DNA from: the human T2T-CHM13v2.0 reference genome, Homo sapiens
Length of the DNA: 64,000 nt
Direction: 5' to 3' (one strand)
Assembly (NCBI RefSeq): GCF_009914755.1
Contig: NC_060925.1
A program made the position numbers and the translations under genes. The notes beneath the pieces are model-generated. The model did no database searches. It had not been told where the DNA came from and worked only from the letters and a program-made list of their open reading frames with translations. Positions within the stretch are counted from its first letter, which is position 1; each line of letters begins with the position of its first letter. Below, piece by piece: positions 14,279-28,089 of this stretch.

Positions 14279-14732
14279 TGTGAACAGAAGTTTTCTGAAG
14301 TGGCATTTGGAGAGAAGACTTTATTCCAGGGAACAGTTTGTAAACTGGGGAAATGCAGCCTTAGGTATAAAGTGGAGTACTTCAGAGAACAAAGGGAGGG
14401 TTTGACTTTTACAGAAAAAATTCCTGCCCAAGTTCCCAATCAGGTTCATTTATGCAAATGAAGGAGTGAAACTTGCTTAGTCTTGATTGGTTGATGCAGC
14501 TGAGCCATGATTGGTTGATGGGCTGAGGCAGGTGAGCTCTGATTGGTTGGTTCAAGTGAGTTCTGAAGGTCCCAAAGTTAAATAGAGGTGTTTGGGTTTT
14601 CAAGGAACTCAGAGTATGTGTGTGACATCTAGTCAGTGAATGATTGCGTGGTTCTATTTTAAATTTAGGCCTAGTTAGCCACTTGGAATCCATCTTGAAG
14701 GACTGGGTCTTTCAGATACACATTTGTTCGCG
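14279..14732 (-). mobile_element. Solo LTR, about 450 bp (LTR47-like; family call uncertain)
   Basis: Short inverted termini TGTGAACA...TGTTCGCG. The minus strand reads 'ccttcaagatggattccaagtggctaactaggcctaaatttaaaatagaacc' and carries CCAAT repeats and a poly(A) signal (plus-strand 'ctttatt'). Confidence 0.75.
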
Positions 14733-15332
14733 TTTCTGACCAATTGTAAAAATTCTCAAACCTTATCTTTGTGAATATTGTGTATCCCCCTGTTTATCTC
14801 TCCTAAAGTCCAATTAAGTCTATATTACTATCTCAGTTATTCATAGTTTGCAACTATTTGTCTCTCTGTGGTCTAATTAGACTTTCATCTACATCTAAAC
14901 TATTTATTCCAGTCAGTAAGCCTTAAATTTATACACATACATATTAACATATATATATGAAAGTGATATGTATTTATACCTATACAAAAGTCTATCTGTA
15001 TATATCATATTTCTAGACATTTTGTTAGGATCATTTTCATAGCTGCTATGTCATGTTCTCTTGGGTTTTACTCATACTTTTGATTTTGCATTTTCTGATT
15101 TTAAATAAATTAAATTTACTTATTTTATTTCTCTATTTAATATTCTAAAATTTGCTTAGTTTTTTTGTGCCATAGACATAGTGCAAATCCAAGCCCCCAA
15201 CTAATGTGATTGTTAAGATTTTTCAAGGGAGAGCTCTTCGCTAAGAGCTGAATACTAGATAGACACATTTTCTCCCATAACCCTTTTGTCTGGTTTCTTT
15301 ATTCACTGAGAATATTGCCCTGTGGGTTACAA

Positions 15333-16007
15333 CAGAGATGTTTCTACCCTTACAGAATGTTTTGGATAGTTGTACAAACATTTTTGATTGTCTCATTAAA
15401 TTAAGGAATGTGATTGGCACTTACTGGGTAGAATTCAGAAATATTAGATGCTCACAATATACAGAACTGCACACTGCAATAAAAATCTTTCTTATTGATG
15501 AAAAAATTATTTAGAATTATGTGATCCTAGTAGATAATGTCATTAGACATATAAACCTAAAGTAGTTTTTTATTTTAAAAATATCTTGATTTATTTCCAG
15601 GAATGAAGCTTTCTTTCATATTAATTATTGCTATATTTTGCTCATAATTTTTCCAAGAGTTGGGCACCATTTTAGAAAAGTATTCTCCATGAAAATGCTA
15701 CTCATAGACCTAAAGTTGTGATACCATGCATTTGTATTAGCTGCAGCCATAGCTGTCACTCATGGTGAGTCCACAGATAAGAGTAAGCGGCTGATTCTTA
15801 TGCCTTCCAGTGCCTTCATAATTTTTGTAGTTATATACTTGTTAATTTATTATAATTTACTCTTACTTCTCGTTTATGTTTTAGTTGGGGCAATGACATT
15901 CTTTAAATTATGCAACTTATACTATGAATTTTATTTCAGAATAATAAAGGGGACATTATAAAATTTTGAAAAAAGGGAGTTGTTTCTGATGGGTTTATGT
16001 ACTACTG
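15333..16007. mobile_element. hAT-Charlie DNA transposon fossil (MER20B-like)
   Basis: 'catttttgattgtctca...tggcacttactgggtaga' at the left end and 'taaaggggacattataaaatttt...gggtttatgtactactg' at the right end. Confidence 0.6.
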
Positions 16008-18029
16008 GGGTAACCCTCCCAGGGGTCCCGGATTTATATAAGTAATTTAGGCTGAACTTCCTACTTGGAAAACCAAAAGCTTAAAACTATAACGCTAAGT
16101 CACTAGAAATAAGAGAATCATTGGAATCCTGTTCCTGTTTTATTTGTCTTCCCTCAGGATTTTCCTTAAAGTCTTGCCAAGTCAGCCATGCATTTTAGAT
16201 TTTATTTTAAAATATTTAATTTAGGATTTACATCTGTAAATGGGATGGCAATACTTAACTTCCTGACCCACAGGATTTTTCTGAGTCAAAGCAGAATGCA
16301 CATATAAGCACTTTATAAAATATTAATTACTAAGTAAATGCAAGTAATTATTAGCCACAGTGTGCCCATTGCTTAATTATTTACACAAGGAACTCTAACA
16401 GAAAAACTCAAAATAAATAAACGCAAACATCCTAAGTTGGAAGAATCACCATTCCATGGTGTCATGGCTTGGAGCCTGTTTCCTCTTCCTCGTCACCCTC
16501 CAATCCTACGAAAAGTATTGGATCTAAGCAAGGGAAACAACTCATTGCTACACTGTTTTGAGAAAAAACAGATTATATTATATTAGCTAAAGTCTTTAAA
16601 TGGGCAACATGATCATTGAATAGGTTTAAGGAAAAGCAGATTTTTTTCAGATGAGCAAAGGCTCTCCTGCCATGAGGATCAGAGCCATCCACCTGGCCCT
16701 CTTCCAGATTAGGTAATTATTGTCTGCCTCTGGCCTGGCTCCTCATTCCCTGTCTTTCCTGCTGCCCAAATTACCAATTGCTTATGTTAATCTCAGCAGA
16801 AAGATCTTGAACAATTGCCATCTTCTGGGCTTGGGGAGTGGAAGGAGGTGAAATGCCTTTGGGGGCAGGATAGAGTGAATCATAATCTGTTCTTTAAAGG
16901 CAGAAAGCATCTTTGGAGAGCAGAAGGACAAACCTTTTGTAGTCTATCTGTTCAGCATGTAATATGAGATATAATGGATGATTACAAAAGAGTCTCTAGA
17001 TGTACTGTACTTTCAATGTTTAAAAGCAGGCGCTGAAAAACCCTGTGCCTGAGTGGGGAGGAGAGTGTTACAAAATAACATTGTCAGCCAAGGGTGAAGC
17101 TGCATCAAGCTTGGATGCCAGCTCTGCATTTGAGAGTGCGCAGTATGGAGTAATGATAACTGTTAAAGGTTTGGTGGAAGAGACAGACTTTGCAGAGAGC
17201 TTGTTGGATGGGGGTTAATGGTCAGGAAGCTCAATTCATACCAGGAAGTGTGCAGAAATGGGGATTCGCAACCACACAAGGAATGACACGAGCTTCATTC
17301 ACAGACTGTAGAGTGTTACATTCTTACTTTTTTTTTCAGGATGAAACTAAGATTCAAGTGATAAAGTAGCTTCTCCAAATTTTCAGTGAGTTAGGGACAA
17401 AACTGAGAGAGAATTCCAGATTCCACTGTAGTTATACCATCTCCTCCAAATTTACCAAGTACACAGCTTGTGGGAACTTGGTATTCTGAGATAGAAAATC
17501 CTGCCCACCTTTTAACTCATCAAATATCACAATATCAACTCCTTTCAACTGATGGCATTTCTATTCCAAGCTAGACTAGGTAGGCAAGACTCCTGGCACT
17601 CTCTTTCAGGAGTATGAGTGGGCCAGGAACTCTCACGGTGGCTGGAAAGAAGTTGCAAGTTCAAGAATACCTTTAATTTATTCATTGTACCTGCTGCTGA
17701 GAAGCCTCACAGTATTGGCTCCTCTCCTGGAAAATTTGCTAACTAGTCCTGTGAGCCTGACTTCACTGATTGCATATCTAACTATTAGTCAATAAACTAG
17801 ACCACCCTTCTTGAAGCTTCTCAGTTTTCCATATTAGTAGTACAGAAAGCCTGAAAAGCAGATTTAAGAAGGTTTCGCTGCTTTTTATTTCAGGGTTCTT
17901 AAGAGCACAAAAGTAAATTTAAGAAGGTGCATCACCCTGGTTCAAAGTCAACACATGAGGGTCTAAAGATGAGAGAACAAGAATCTAGATCTTGCCAAGT
18001 GGACAAAATGGGAAGCGTTCTAAGCTACA

Positions 18030-18370
18030 ATACTCAGAGCACCAGTGAATATCACATATGCAATGTGGAGTAAAAGAAGTCAGATACAAAAATGTACAAT
18101 ATGATGCCTGTATATAAAGTTTTAAAAAGTAAAAAGGTTCTTTGTCATTAGGCATCTGGGGAGTGGAGAGTGGCTATCCTTGCTGAGGTTCCTGACTATA
18201 AGAGGCACAAGAGAATTTGTGGGGGACTTACAGGTTTCTGCATCTAGACAAGAGTGCTGGTTACGTAGGTGCATTTACTTAATAAAATTTTGTCAAGCTG
18301 TAACTTATGGTTTGCTCACTTTTCTGCATGTATGTTATACCTCACTCAAATTTGCCAAAAGAAAAAAAAA
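18030..18370 (+). mobile_element. Ancient L1 3'-end fragment
   Basis: 'aaagaagtcagatacaaaa...tttctgcatgtatgttatacctca'. Confidence 0.65.
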
Positions 18371-18644
18371 AGGAATAATGGAAGGAGGTGTTCTGGTATA
18401 AATTGCTGACTAAGAAGGACATTCTGGCAGTAATATGATTGCTTTGAATCTCTATTTTCAATTTTATCTCTTTAATTTTTAATAGAGTTAGAGGAAAACA
18501 AGAGGAAAAAGAGGAAAAAATGGTAGTACACATGTAATTCACGGCTATGGGGCCTGGATTGGTTAAACAATTATATGTGCTCTGAAATGGACTACCCAAA
18601 GGGAATCATTAAAGTTATAAATTCAAGTATAACCATAATAGATC

Positions 18645-19175
18645 TGTTGCCAGTTCAACGTGTGTGGCAAGTCAATACATGGAGACACTGGGTGGCAGCA
18701 GAAAAAGAGGTTTAATCATAGAGCTGTTGAAAGAGAAGATGGGAGGAAACCTCAAATCCATCTCTCGAAGGAGTTTGTGTCCAGAGTTTTTAAGTGTTTT
18801 GGAAGTGGTCCAAAGTATGGAGATAGTTGTTGGTCGAAGAGTGAAGGGTGAAGTCATGGGACAAAGAGATGAAGAAACTATTCTCATGCTGATTCTGTTC
18901 CTCTCTGGGGGTCTTCAAACTGGTGGCATCAGCCTTTCCATTGAAATTCAGGATCTGAAAAACATCTTAAGCAATTCTTACACAAAAGCCTTAAGATTCT
19001 AAGGTTCTAACATCAGAAATTCTACCTATGAAAACAATAGGGATGCGAATGGTCAGTGTCAACCACTGAGTGACTTTCTGTTGCAAGGGAGTGGACCAAA
19101 GTGCAGCCTAATTAATGCTTAATTGTAGCTACGTTTCAGTCAAGAATTGTTGTTAATCCTGTAAAGATGTCATCA
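18645..19175 (-). mobile_element. ERV1 solo LTR (LOR1-like)
   Basis: The minus strand begins 'tgatgacatctttacaggattaacaacaattcttgac...aattaagcattaattaggctgcactttggtccac'. TG...CA termini. Confidence 0.75.
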
Positions 19176-19491
19176 CAAGTCAATTTGAATAAATTCTGCA
19201 AATACATTTATCATACTCTATTATATGCTTGGAGCAAAGACCCACTGTAGGTAGTTCCCAGCCAATCAAAGAATCTCTGGATCTAATTTCAGCTTAGATC
19301 CTAATCAGAAAAAGAGTCTTTCCACAAAAATAAATTAATATCATCTCCCCTTTACTGCAGAGTGTCAGCAAAGACAAAAGAGGAAGGACAGAGAGCTGAG
19401 ATGAGAACAAAGTGCCATAGGCCAAAGAAAGAGAAATCTGGTAGACAGTTGGCATTCTGGAGCACTTAATGGGTAAAGAAACTCTCTTTAG

Positions 19492-19780
<289 letters not shown>

Positions 19781-21578
19781 TATTTTTTTTTAATTTTTAA
19801 TTTTTGTGAATACATACTAGGATGTATATATATTTATGGAATACATGGTACAGGCATGCAATGTGTAATAATCACATCATAGAAAAAGGGGATCCATCCC
19901 CTCCCCTCAGGCATTTATCCTTTGTGTTACAAACGATTCACTTATACTCTTTCAGTTATTTTAAAATGTACAACTAAGTAATTATTGACTATAGTCATCC
20001 TGTTGTGTTAGCAAATGTTAAGTCTTATTCATTCTTTTCAGCTATTTTTTGGAACCATTAAGCATCCCCACCTCCCCACTACCCGTCCACTACCATTTCC
20101 AGCCTCTGGTAACCATTTTTCTACTCTCTATCTCCATAAGCTCAATTCTTTGGGTTTTTAGATCCCACAAAAAATTGATAACATTCAGTGTTTGTCTTTC
20201 TGTGCCTGGCTTATTTCACTTAACATCTATGTTGTTGCTTCATCTATGTTGTTGCAAATGACAGGATCTCACACTTTTTATGGCTGAATAGTACTCCATT
20301 GTGTATAAGTATCATAGTTTTTTATTCATTCTTCTGTTGATGGACACTTAGATTGCTTCCAAATATTGGCTATCATTAACAGTGGTTCAACAAACATCAG
20401 AGTTCAGCTATCTCTTCAATAAACTGATTTTCTTTCTTTTGGGTATATAACCAGCAATGGGATTGCTGGATCGTATGGTAGCTCTATTTTAGTTTCTTGA
20501 GGAACCCCTTAATTATTCTGCATAGCAGTTTTACTAATTTACATTCCCACCAACAGTGTATGAGGGTTCTCTTTTCTCTGTAACCTCTCCAGCATTTGTA
20601 ATTGCTTGTATTTTGGATAAAAGCCATTTTAACTGGAGTGAGATGATATCTCATAGTAGTTTTCATTTGCATTTTTCTGATGGTCACTGATGTTGAACAC
20701 CTTTTCATATGCCTGCTTGTCATTTGTATGTCACCTTTTGAGAAATATTCAAATATTTTTGCCCATTTTAAAATCAAATTGTTAGATTTTTTCCTGTTGA
20801 GTTGTTTGAGCACCTCATCTATTCTGGTTATTAAGCCCCTGTCAGATGTACAGTTTGCAAATATTGTCTCCCATTCTGTGGGTTGTCTCTTCACTTTGTT
20901 GATTGTTTTCTTTTCTATGCAGAAGCTTTTTAACTAGATATGATCCCAGTTGTCCATTTTTGCTTTGGTTGCCTGTGCTTTTGAGGTATTACTCAAGAAA
21001 GCTTTGCCCAGACCAACATTCTGCAGAATTTCCCCAATGTTTTCTTGAGTGGTTTCATAATTTGTGGTCTTAGATTTAAGACTTTAATCCATTTTTATGT
21101 GATTTGTGTGTGTGGTGAGATAGGGGTCTAGTTTCATTCTTCTGCATATGGATATCTAGTTTTCCCAGAACCTTTATTGAAGAGACTGTCTTTTCCCCAT
21201 GCTCTTGGCACCTTTGTCAAAAATGAGTTCACTGTAAGTGTGTATTTGTTACTGGGTTCTCTATTCTGTTCCACTGGTCTATGGGTCTGGGTCTGCTTTT
21301 ATGACAGCACTATACTGTTTTGGTTACTATAGCTCTGTAGCATAATTTGAAGGCAGATAATGTGAGTCCTCTAGTTTTGTTATTTTTTGCTCGGGATAGC
21401 ATTGGCTATTCTGGATTTTCTATTGCGCCATATAAATTTTAGATTTTTTTTCTATTTCTGTGAAGAATTTCACTTTTATTTTGATAGATATTGCACTGAC
21501 TCTGTAGGTTGCTATGGGTAGTATGGACATTTTAATAATATTGATTCTTCCAATCCATGAACATGGAATATCTTTCCA

Positions 21579-21580
<2 letters not shown>

Positions 21581-21611
<31 letters not shown>
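21581..21611. repeat. (TG)n microsatellite inside L1 ORF2
   Basis: About 15 TG units. Confidence 0.95.
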
Positions 21612-21613
<2 letters not shown>

Positions 21614-23807
21614 TCTTCAATTTCTTTCATCAGTGTTTTATAGTTTTTATTGTGGAGATCGTTCACTTCTTTGGTTACATTAATTCCTAGGTGTTTAATT
21701 TTATTTGTGGCTATTGTAAATGGGATTTTTAAAATTTCCTTTTCATGTTTTTCACTGTTGGCATATGGAAACGCTACTGATTTTCATATGTTGATTTTGT
21801 ATCCTTCAACTTCACTGCATTTGTTTATCAGTTCTAATAGTTTTCTTGCAGAGTCATTAGCTTTTTCCAAATATAAGATCATATCATCTGAAAACAAGGA
21901 TAATTTGACTTTATCCTTTCTGATTTTGGTGCCTTTTATTTCTTTCTCTTGCCTAATTGCTGTAGCTAGGACCTCAGTACTATGTTGAATAACAGTGGTG
22001 AAAGCCGGCATTCTTGTCATGTTCCAGGTCTTTAAAAAAAGGCTTTAAGTTTCCTCCATTCAGTATGATAGTAGCTGTGGGTCTGTCACATATGGCTTTT
22101 ATTATGTTGAAGTATGTTCTTTCTATACCCAGTTTTTTGAGGGTTTTTACTATGAAGTGAAATGGAATTTTATCCAGTGCTTTTTCAGGATGGATTGAAA
22201 TGATCATATGGGTTTTGTCCTTCATTGTGTTGAAATGATGTATCACACTGATTGATTTTTGTATGTTGAACCATCCTTGCATCTCTAGGATAAATCCCAC
22301 TTGGTCATGATGAATGATCTTTTTAATGTAATTTTGAATTTGGTTTGCTAGTATTTTGTTGAGAATTTTTGCATCAATACTCATCAGAGATATTGTTCTA
22401 TAGTTTTCTTTTTTTCCATGTGTCTTTGGTTTTGGTAGCAGGGTAACACTGATCTTGTAGAATGCATTTGGAAGTACCCACTCCTCCTCTGTTTTTTGAA
22501 TAGTTTGAGTAGGATTTGTGTTAGTCCTTCTTTAGATGCTTGGTAGAATTCAGCAGTGAAGCCGTCAGGTCCCAGGCTTTTCTTTATTGGGAGACTTTTA
22601 ATTGTACCTCCTATTTTGTTACTTGTTATTGGTCTATTCCAGTTTTGGATTTGTTCATGGCTCAGTGTTGGTAGGCTGTATGTGTCTAGGAATCTATCCA
22701 TTGACTCTAGATTTTCCAATGTATTGGCATATAATTGCTTATATAGCCACTAATGAGCCTTTAAATTTCTGAAATGTCAGTTGTAATGTCTTCTTTTTTA
22801 TCTCTGATTTTATTTATTTGGGTCTTCTCCCTTTATTTCTTCATTAATGTGGCTAAAGACTTGTTGATTTTGTTTATCTTTTCAAAAAAACAACTTTTTG
22901 TTTCATTGATCTTTTGTATTGTTTGATTCATTTCAAATTCATTTATTTTTACTCTGATCTTTATTCTTTTCTACTAATTTTGCTATCAATTTGCTCTTGC
23001 TTTTCTAGTTCTTTAAGATGCATAGTTGGGTTATTTATTTAAAGTTTTTCTTCTTTTTTGATGTAAACACTTATACCTATAAATTTGCCTGTTAATACTA
23101 CTTTTGCTGTATCTCATAGATTTTGGTATGTTGTATTTCCCTTATCATTTGTTTCAAGAAATTTTTCAATTTCCTTTTTAATCTGTTCACTGACCCACTG
23201 GTCATTTAGGAGCAAATTGTTTAATTTCCATGTGCTTTTATAGTTTCCAAAATTCCTATTGCTGTTGATTTATAGTTTTATTCTATTATTGTCAGAGAAG
23301 ATGCTTGATTTTTTTTTTTAATGTTTTAAGACTTGCTTTGTGGCCTAACATATGGCTCTCCTTGAGAATGATCCATGTGCTGAGCAGAAGAATGTATATT
23401 CTGCAGCTATTATATAAAATGCACTGTAAAAATCTATTAGGTGTCTTTATTCTCTAGTACAGATTAATTTCAACGTTCCTTTGTTGATTTTCCATCTGGA
23501 AGATTTGTTCAATGCTGAAAGTGGGGTTTTGAAATCTCCAGCTATTATTGTATTGAGTCTGTCTCTCTCTTTAGCTCTAATAATATTTGCTTTATATATT
23601 GGTGCCACAGTGTTAGGTGCATATATATTTACAATCATATCCTCTTCCTGAATTGATCCTTTTATCATTATATACTGACCTCTTTTATCTCTTCTTCCAG
23701 TTTTTGTCTTGGAATCTATTTTGTCTGATATAAGTATAGGTATTCTTGCTCTTTTTGGGTTTTTATAGCCATGGAATATCTTTTTCCACCTCTTTATTTT
23801 CAGTCTA

Positions 23808-23839
<32 letters not shown>

Positions 23840-23846
23840 ATATGTA

Positions 23847-23954
23847 TTTTTTTGAGATGGAGTTCACTTTTGTCACCCAGGCTGGAGTGCAGTGGTGCAA
23901 TCTTGGCTCACTGCAACCTCCGACTCCCAGGTTCAAGCAATTTTCCTGCCTCAG
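23847..23954 (-). mobile_element. 5'-truncated Alu (partial right arm) inside the L1, next to a (TG)n(TA)n repeat
   Basis: 'tttgagatggagttcac...ttttcctgcctcag', after which the L1 sequence resumes. Confidence 0.9.
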
Positions 23955-24740
23955 TCTGTGTGTATATTTACAAGTCAAGTGTGTTTCTTGTAGGCAACAG
24001 ATCAGTCTTGTTTTTTCATCCATTCAGCCACTCTATGTCTTTTGATTGGAGACTTTAGTTTATTTACGTGCAATGTTATTATTGATTCATAAGGACTTAC
24101 TCCTGCCATTTTGTCATTTGTTTTCTGATTGTTTTTGGTTGTCTCTCCCTTCTTTCCTTCCTTCCTGTCTTACTTTTAGTGAAGGTGATCTTCTCTAGTG
24201 GTATGTTTTAATATCTTGATTTTTTATTTTTTGTATATCTGTTTTATGTTTTTTTATCTGAGGTTACTATAAGACTTGCAAATACCATCTTGTAACCCAT
24301 TATTTTAAACTGATGATAACACTTACTTGATAAACAAAGAAGCTAACAAGTAACAAGAAAACTAATAAAAACTCTATACTTTAACTTTGTTCCCCTCTTT
24401 TTAACTTTTTGTTGTTTCTCTTTATGTCTTATTGTACTATGTCTTTAAAAGTTTTTATAGTAATAATTCTGATTGGTTCATTATTTAGTCTTTCTACTTA
24501 AGACAAAAGTAATTTACACACCACAGTTACAGTGCTGTAATAGTCTGTGTTTTTCTGTGTACTTATATTACCAGTGAGTTTTATACCTTCAGATACTTTC
24601 TTCTTGCTCATTAACATCTTTTTCTTTCAGATTGAAGGACTTGCTTTAGCATTTCTCATAGGACAGGTCTGTATAGATGAAATCCCTTAGCTTTCATTTG
24701 TCTGGGAAGGTTTTTATTCTTCTTCACACCTGAAGGATTT

Positions 24741-25400
24741 TCAGTGAATGTACTCCTTCAGCATTTTAAATATGGCATGCCATTCTCTCTTGGCCTGTAA
24801 GGTTTCCCCTGAAAAGTCTGCAGCTAGATGTATTGGAGCTCCATTACATGTTGTCTGTTTCATTTCTCTTGCTGCTTTTAGGATCCTTTCTTTATCTTCA
24901 ACCTTTGGGAGTTTGATTATTAAAAGTCTTGATGGAGTCTTTGGTCTAAATCTGCTTGGTATTCTAGAACCTTCTTGTACTTGAATGTTGGTATCTTTGT
25001 TTAGGTTCTCTGTTATTATCCCTTTGAAAAAACTTTCTACCCTGATTTCTTTCTCTACCTCCTTTTTAAGGCTAATAACTTTAAGATTTGCCTTTTTGAG
25101 GCTGTTTTCCAGATCTTGTAGGCATTCTTCATTCATTTTTATTCTTTTTTCTTTTGTCTCCTCCTGTTGTGTATTTTTAAATAGCCTGTTTCAAGCTCAC
25201 TAATTCTTCTGCTTGATAACTCTGCTATTAAGAGACTGATGCATTCTTCAGTGTGTCAGTTACATTTTTCAACTCTAGGATTTCTGCTTAATGCTTTTTA
25301 ATTATTTCAATTTCTTTGTTAAATTCATCTGATGGAATTCTGAATTCCTGCTCTGCATTATCATAAATTTCTTTGGGTTTCTTCAAAACAGCTGTTTTGA
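24741..25400 (-). pseudogene. Disrupted L1 ORF1 fragment
   Basis: The 131-aa ORF 24741-25136 resembles the L1 ORF1p RRM/CTD region. Confidence 0.85.
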
Positions 25401-25699
25401 ATTATCTATCTGAAAAGTCACATATCTCTGTTTCTCCAGTATTGGTCCCTGGTGCCTTATGTTGTTTGTTTGGTGAAATCATGATTTCCTAGATGATCTT
25501 GATGCTGGTAGATATTTGTCAGTGTTTGGGCATTGAAGAGTTAGGTATTTATTGTCATCGTCTCAGTCTAGGCTTGCATCTGTCCTTCTTGGGAAGGTTT
25601 TTCAGGTTGAATAAATGTTTATAAAGAGAATAAGGCTCTAATTTTTAAAAGCAACATTGTACATGGATTGGAATTAGACTGCACAATATAGGACACAGA

Positions 25700-27055
25700 A
25701 CAGTGCATTTTATCATTCATTTGTTCTGTGTCAAACACTAGAATAAATAAAACTGATGACATCTCTGCTTTCATTAAGCTAGCAATTCTACTGTGAGTGT
25801 TAGAAAGAGAGGGAACATATATAAATAAGTAGGTTAACATGTAACATTCCAAATGATAATGAGTGTTATAGTTAAAAAAGAAATCAGGTGAGGTAGGTCA
25901 GAAAGTACGGTGGTGGAGACTGCTATCTTATATACAGTGATTATAGAATCCCTCATTACTCATATAACCTTTGAAGAGACTCAAAGTACCTAAGGAAGTG
26001 AAATATGTAGACATCTGGGAGAAGAATGTTTCAGAACAAAGAAAAAGCAAGTGCAAATATCCTGAGGTAGGGATGTGTTTGCTGCTTAAGGAATAACAAA
26101 GCCAGTGTTGTCAGATGAAATCAAGTAAGTTGGGGATGGGAAGAAGGGAGATTGGAAGAAGCAGAAGTCAGATTACAAGGGCTCTTGTGGACCATTATCA
26201 GGAATTAGCTGAATGTGAAGAAAAGCCACAGAAGAGCTCTGAGCACATGAGAGACATAATGTAACCTTTGTTTTTTAAAGCTTCATCTGGCTGCTGGGTT
26301 GAGGACATTCTGTAGAGGAGGAGGGACAGAAGCAGGGAGGCCCATTAGGATGTTACTGTGATGATCCAGAGGAGAGATAGTGGAGGTTTGGCCCAGACAA
26401 AAGATTACAGATCTGTGGCTCAGGGTGGCAGCAGCAGATGAAGCAAAGACTGGTTGACCTCTAGGTGTATTTTGAAGGCAGAGTTGACAGAATATTCTGA
26501 TAGATTAAATATAGGGAATGAAAAAAAGAATGAAGGAAGACTCTGTTTTTTGGGCAAATCAACTTTTGGAATTCAATAGAGGCCTAGACTGATGTGAGAT
26601 ACGATATGCCAAAATTTAGAATCTACCTAAAAGCATGCAGCTAAATAAGATTACCTGAAGATTTGGTGTGGGTAGAGAAGAGGTCTGTGGGCTAAACTCT
26701 GGATTGGGTCAACATTTTAGAAGAATGAAGACAAATCATCAAGGGAGTCTAAGGAATGAGCACTGAGGTCAGAAGCCCAAGAGAAATCCAGAAGCCAAGT
26801 GCAGAAAGTGTTTCAAGATGGACAGAGTGGCAAGCCCTATGAAGGACTCTAACAGATCCACTAGGATGAGAACTGAGGCCAAGCCATTGGATAGGTCACT
26901 GTGAAGGTCATTGGTGATCTCAATGAAGAGCAGTTTATTAGTAGAAATAACAGTTAGTTTATTAGTATGAATATGTGAGTGGTTCAAGAATAAATAAAAG
27001 AACAGAAATAGGAGGCAGAGAGTATGGACTGCTCTTTAGAAGAGTTTTGGTGCAA
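25700..27055 (-). mobile_element. L2 fragment(s)
   Basis: Purine-rich L2 antisense motifs ('ctggctgctgggttgagg', 'tattttgaaggcagag', 'ggtcattggtgatct'). Confidence 0.75.
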
Positions 27056-27144
27056 AGACAATTAGATGAGGTAATAAGTAAGTTCTTTGGCTGAGGTTAC
27101 AGTTGAAGTAGTGGCCTGGAAAATGCACACTCACATGTCTTGCT

Positions 27145-27473
27145 ATGGGGGCCATAGTTGGTGAGCAGCCGCTGCTGCTGCCCTTCTAGATCTACCATTG
27201 CATTTGTACCAAGGCCACACTTCCCCAGGGCTGAACCTGGGCAATGAAGTCCTCCAGGAGGGAATCCCCTAGCAGGCAACTTTGGCCTGTGGTCTTTTGT
27301 AGCTGAAGCTTTCTTAGGACTCCACTGCAACTTGGAACCCTCCTATCCTATCCTCCTTTGCTTTCCTTTCTTTTACATGTGTCAGATCTGCATCACAATC
27401 TGAATTTCTCCCTTCACACTCCTGCTTCCTCCCCTCAGTCTGTATGTCTGCTTCTTAAAGGAGCTGAATTAAC
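27145..27473 (+). mobile_element. ERVL solo LTR (LTR16-like)
   Basis: 'ggcaactttggcc...ctgcaacttggaaccctcc...tgtcagatctgcatcacaatctga...tctgcttcttaaaggagctgaattaaca'. Confidence 0.65.
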
Positions 27474-28089
27474 ATAATTGGTAAAGTGATGAGCTAAGAT
27501 GTAAAGTTTTAAACCCAGGCAATCAGGCCTCAGACACTGTGCTCTTAACAGTACTTTATACTGTCACTCCAGCAGAGGGATAGCAACAGACTCTGAGCAA
27601 AAAAAGAACTTGAACATTGATCAGAATAGAGATTAACTCTCATAGTTTTCAATAAAGAATATCTAGCAATTTTTCTTGTACTTTCATTTCTTCTCTCTGT
27701 GTGTTTATGTGTGTGTTAAAAATTATAGTCTAGCTTTTAATATCTGTAGATATGTGAGATTACTTAATTATATAATTTTCATTTCAAGGCATAGCTAAAA
27801 TAATTCTCAATGAATCTTTTTTTGTATCTTCAGGTTTCTAAATTTAAGACCCACCCTAAGAACTATTACTTGTGCATATATAAATGGGATAGTTCCCAGT
27901 GAGAAAAAAATTCCCAAGATTTGTTCAACAAATATTTGTCAAGTTTCTACTATCTGTTAGGTTTTGTGCTGAGCACAGGAAATATATGGTTAACAGAGAT
28001 AGATGTGGTCTCCGCTGTCATGGAGCAGAGACCGGGTCCGTAGAGGGTAAAACAAAGTAAGATACATTGTCTACCACCAGCTATCTGTA

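Larger units (their letters stand above)
9860..15170 (-). mobile_element. Long, highly decayed ancient L1 (L1M-type) with nested Alu, FLAM and LTR insertions
   Basis: T-rich antisense L1-like motifs ('attttgattggaatt', 'tggctaggacctc', 'ttggtaaatgtgc', 'ttgaaagataattttt'). Boundaries are approximate. Confidence 0.65.
20484..24060 (-). pseudogene. Disrupted L1 ORF2 (endonuclease / reverse transcriptase)
   Basis: ORFs 23447-23668, 22384-22719, 21980-22384, 21784-22020, 21420-21620 and 20484-20894 are collinear pieces with frameshifts and stops. Confidence 0.9.
19781..25606 (-). mobile_element. L1MA-type LINE-1, about 5.8 kb, 5'-truncated within ORF1
   Basis: L1MA-type 3' UTR. ORF2 fragments include RT '[14 protein letters not shown]', '[11 protein letters not shown]', endonuclease 'IVNIYAPNT...IIAGDFKTPLS' and the C-terminal 'HCWWECKL'. 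ORF1 fragment 'KERILKAARE...IHLAADFSGETLQA'. Confidence 0.95.

Noticed and set aside
18664-19002. 112-aa ORF and overlapping ORFs
   Set aside because: They lie wholly within a solo LTR and have no protein similarity I can recognise.
20484-25136. Active reverse transcriptase or retroelement system
   Set aside because: L1 ORF1 and ORF2 are fragmented, the element is 5'-truncated, and it has Alu and microsatellite insertions.
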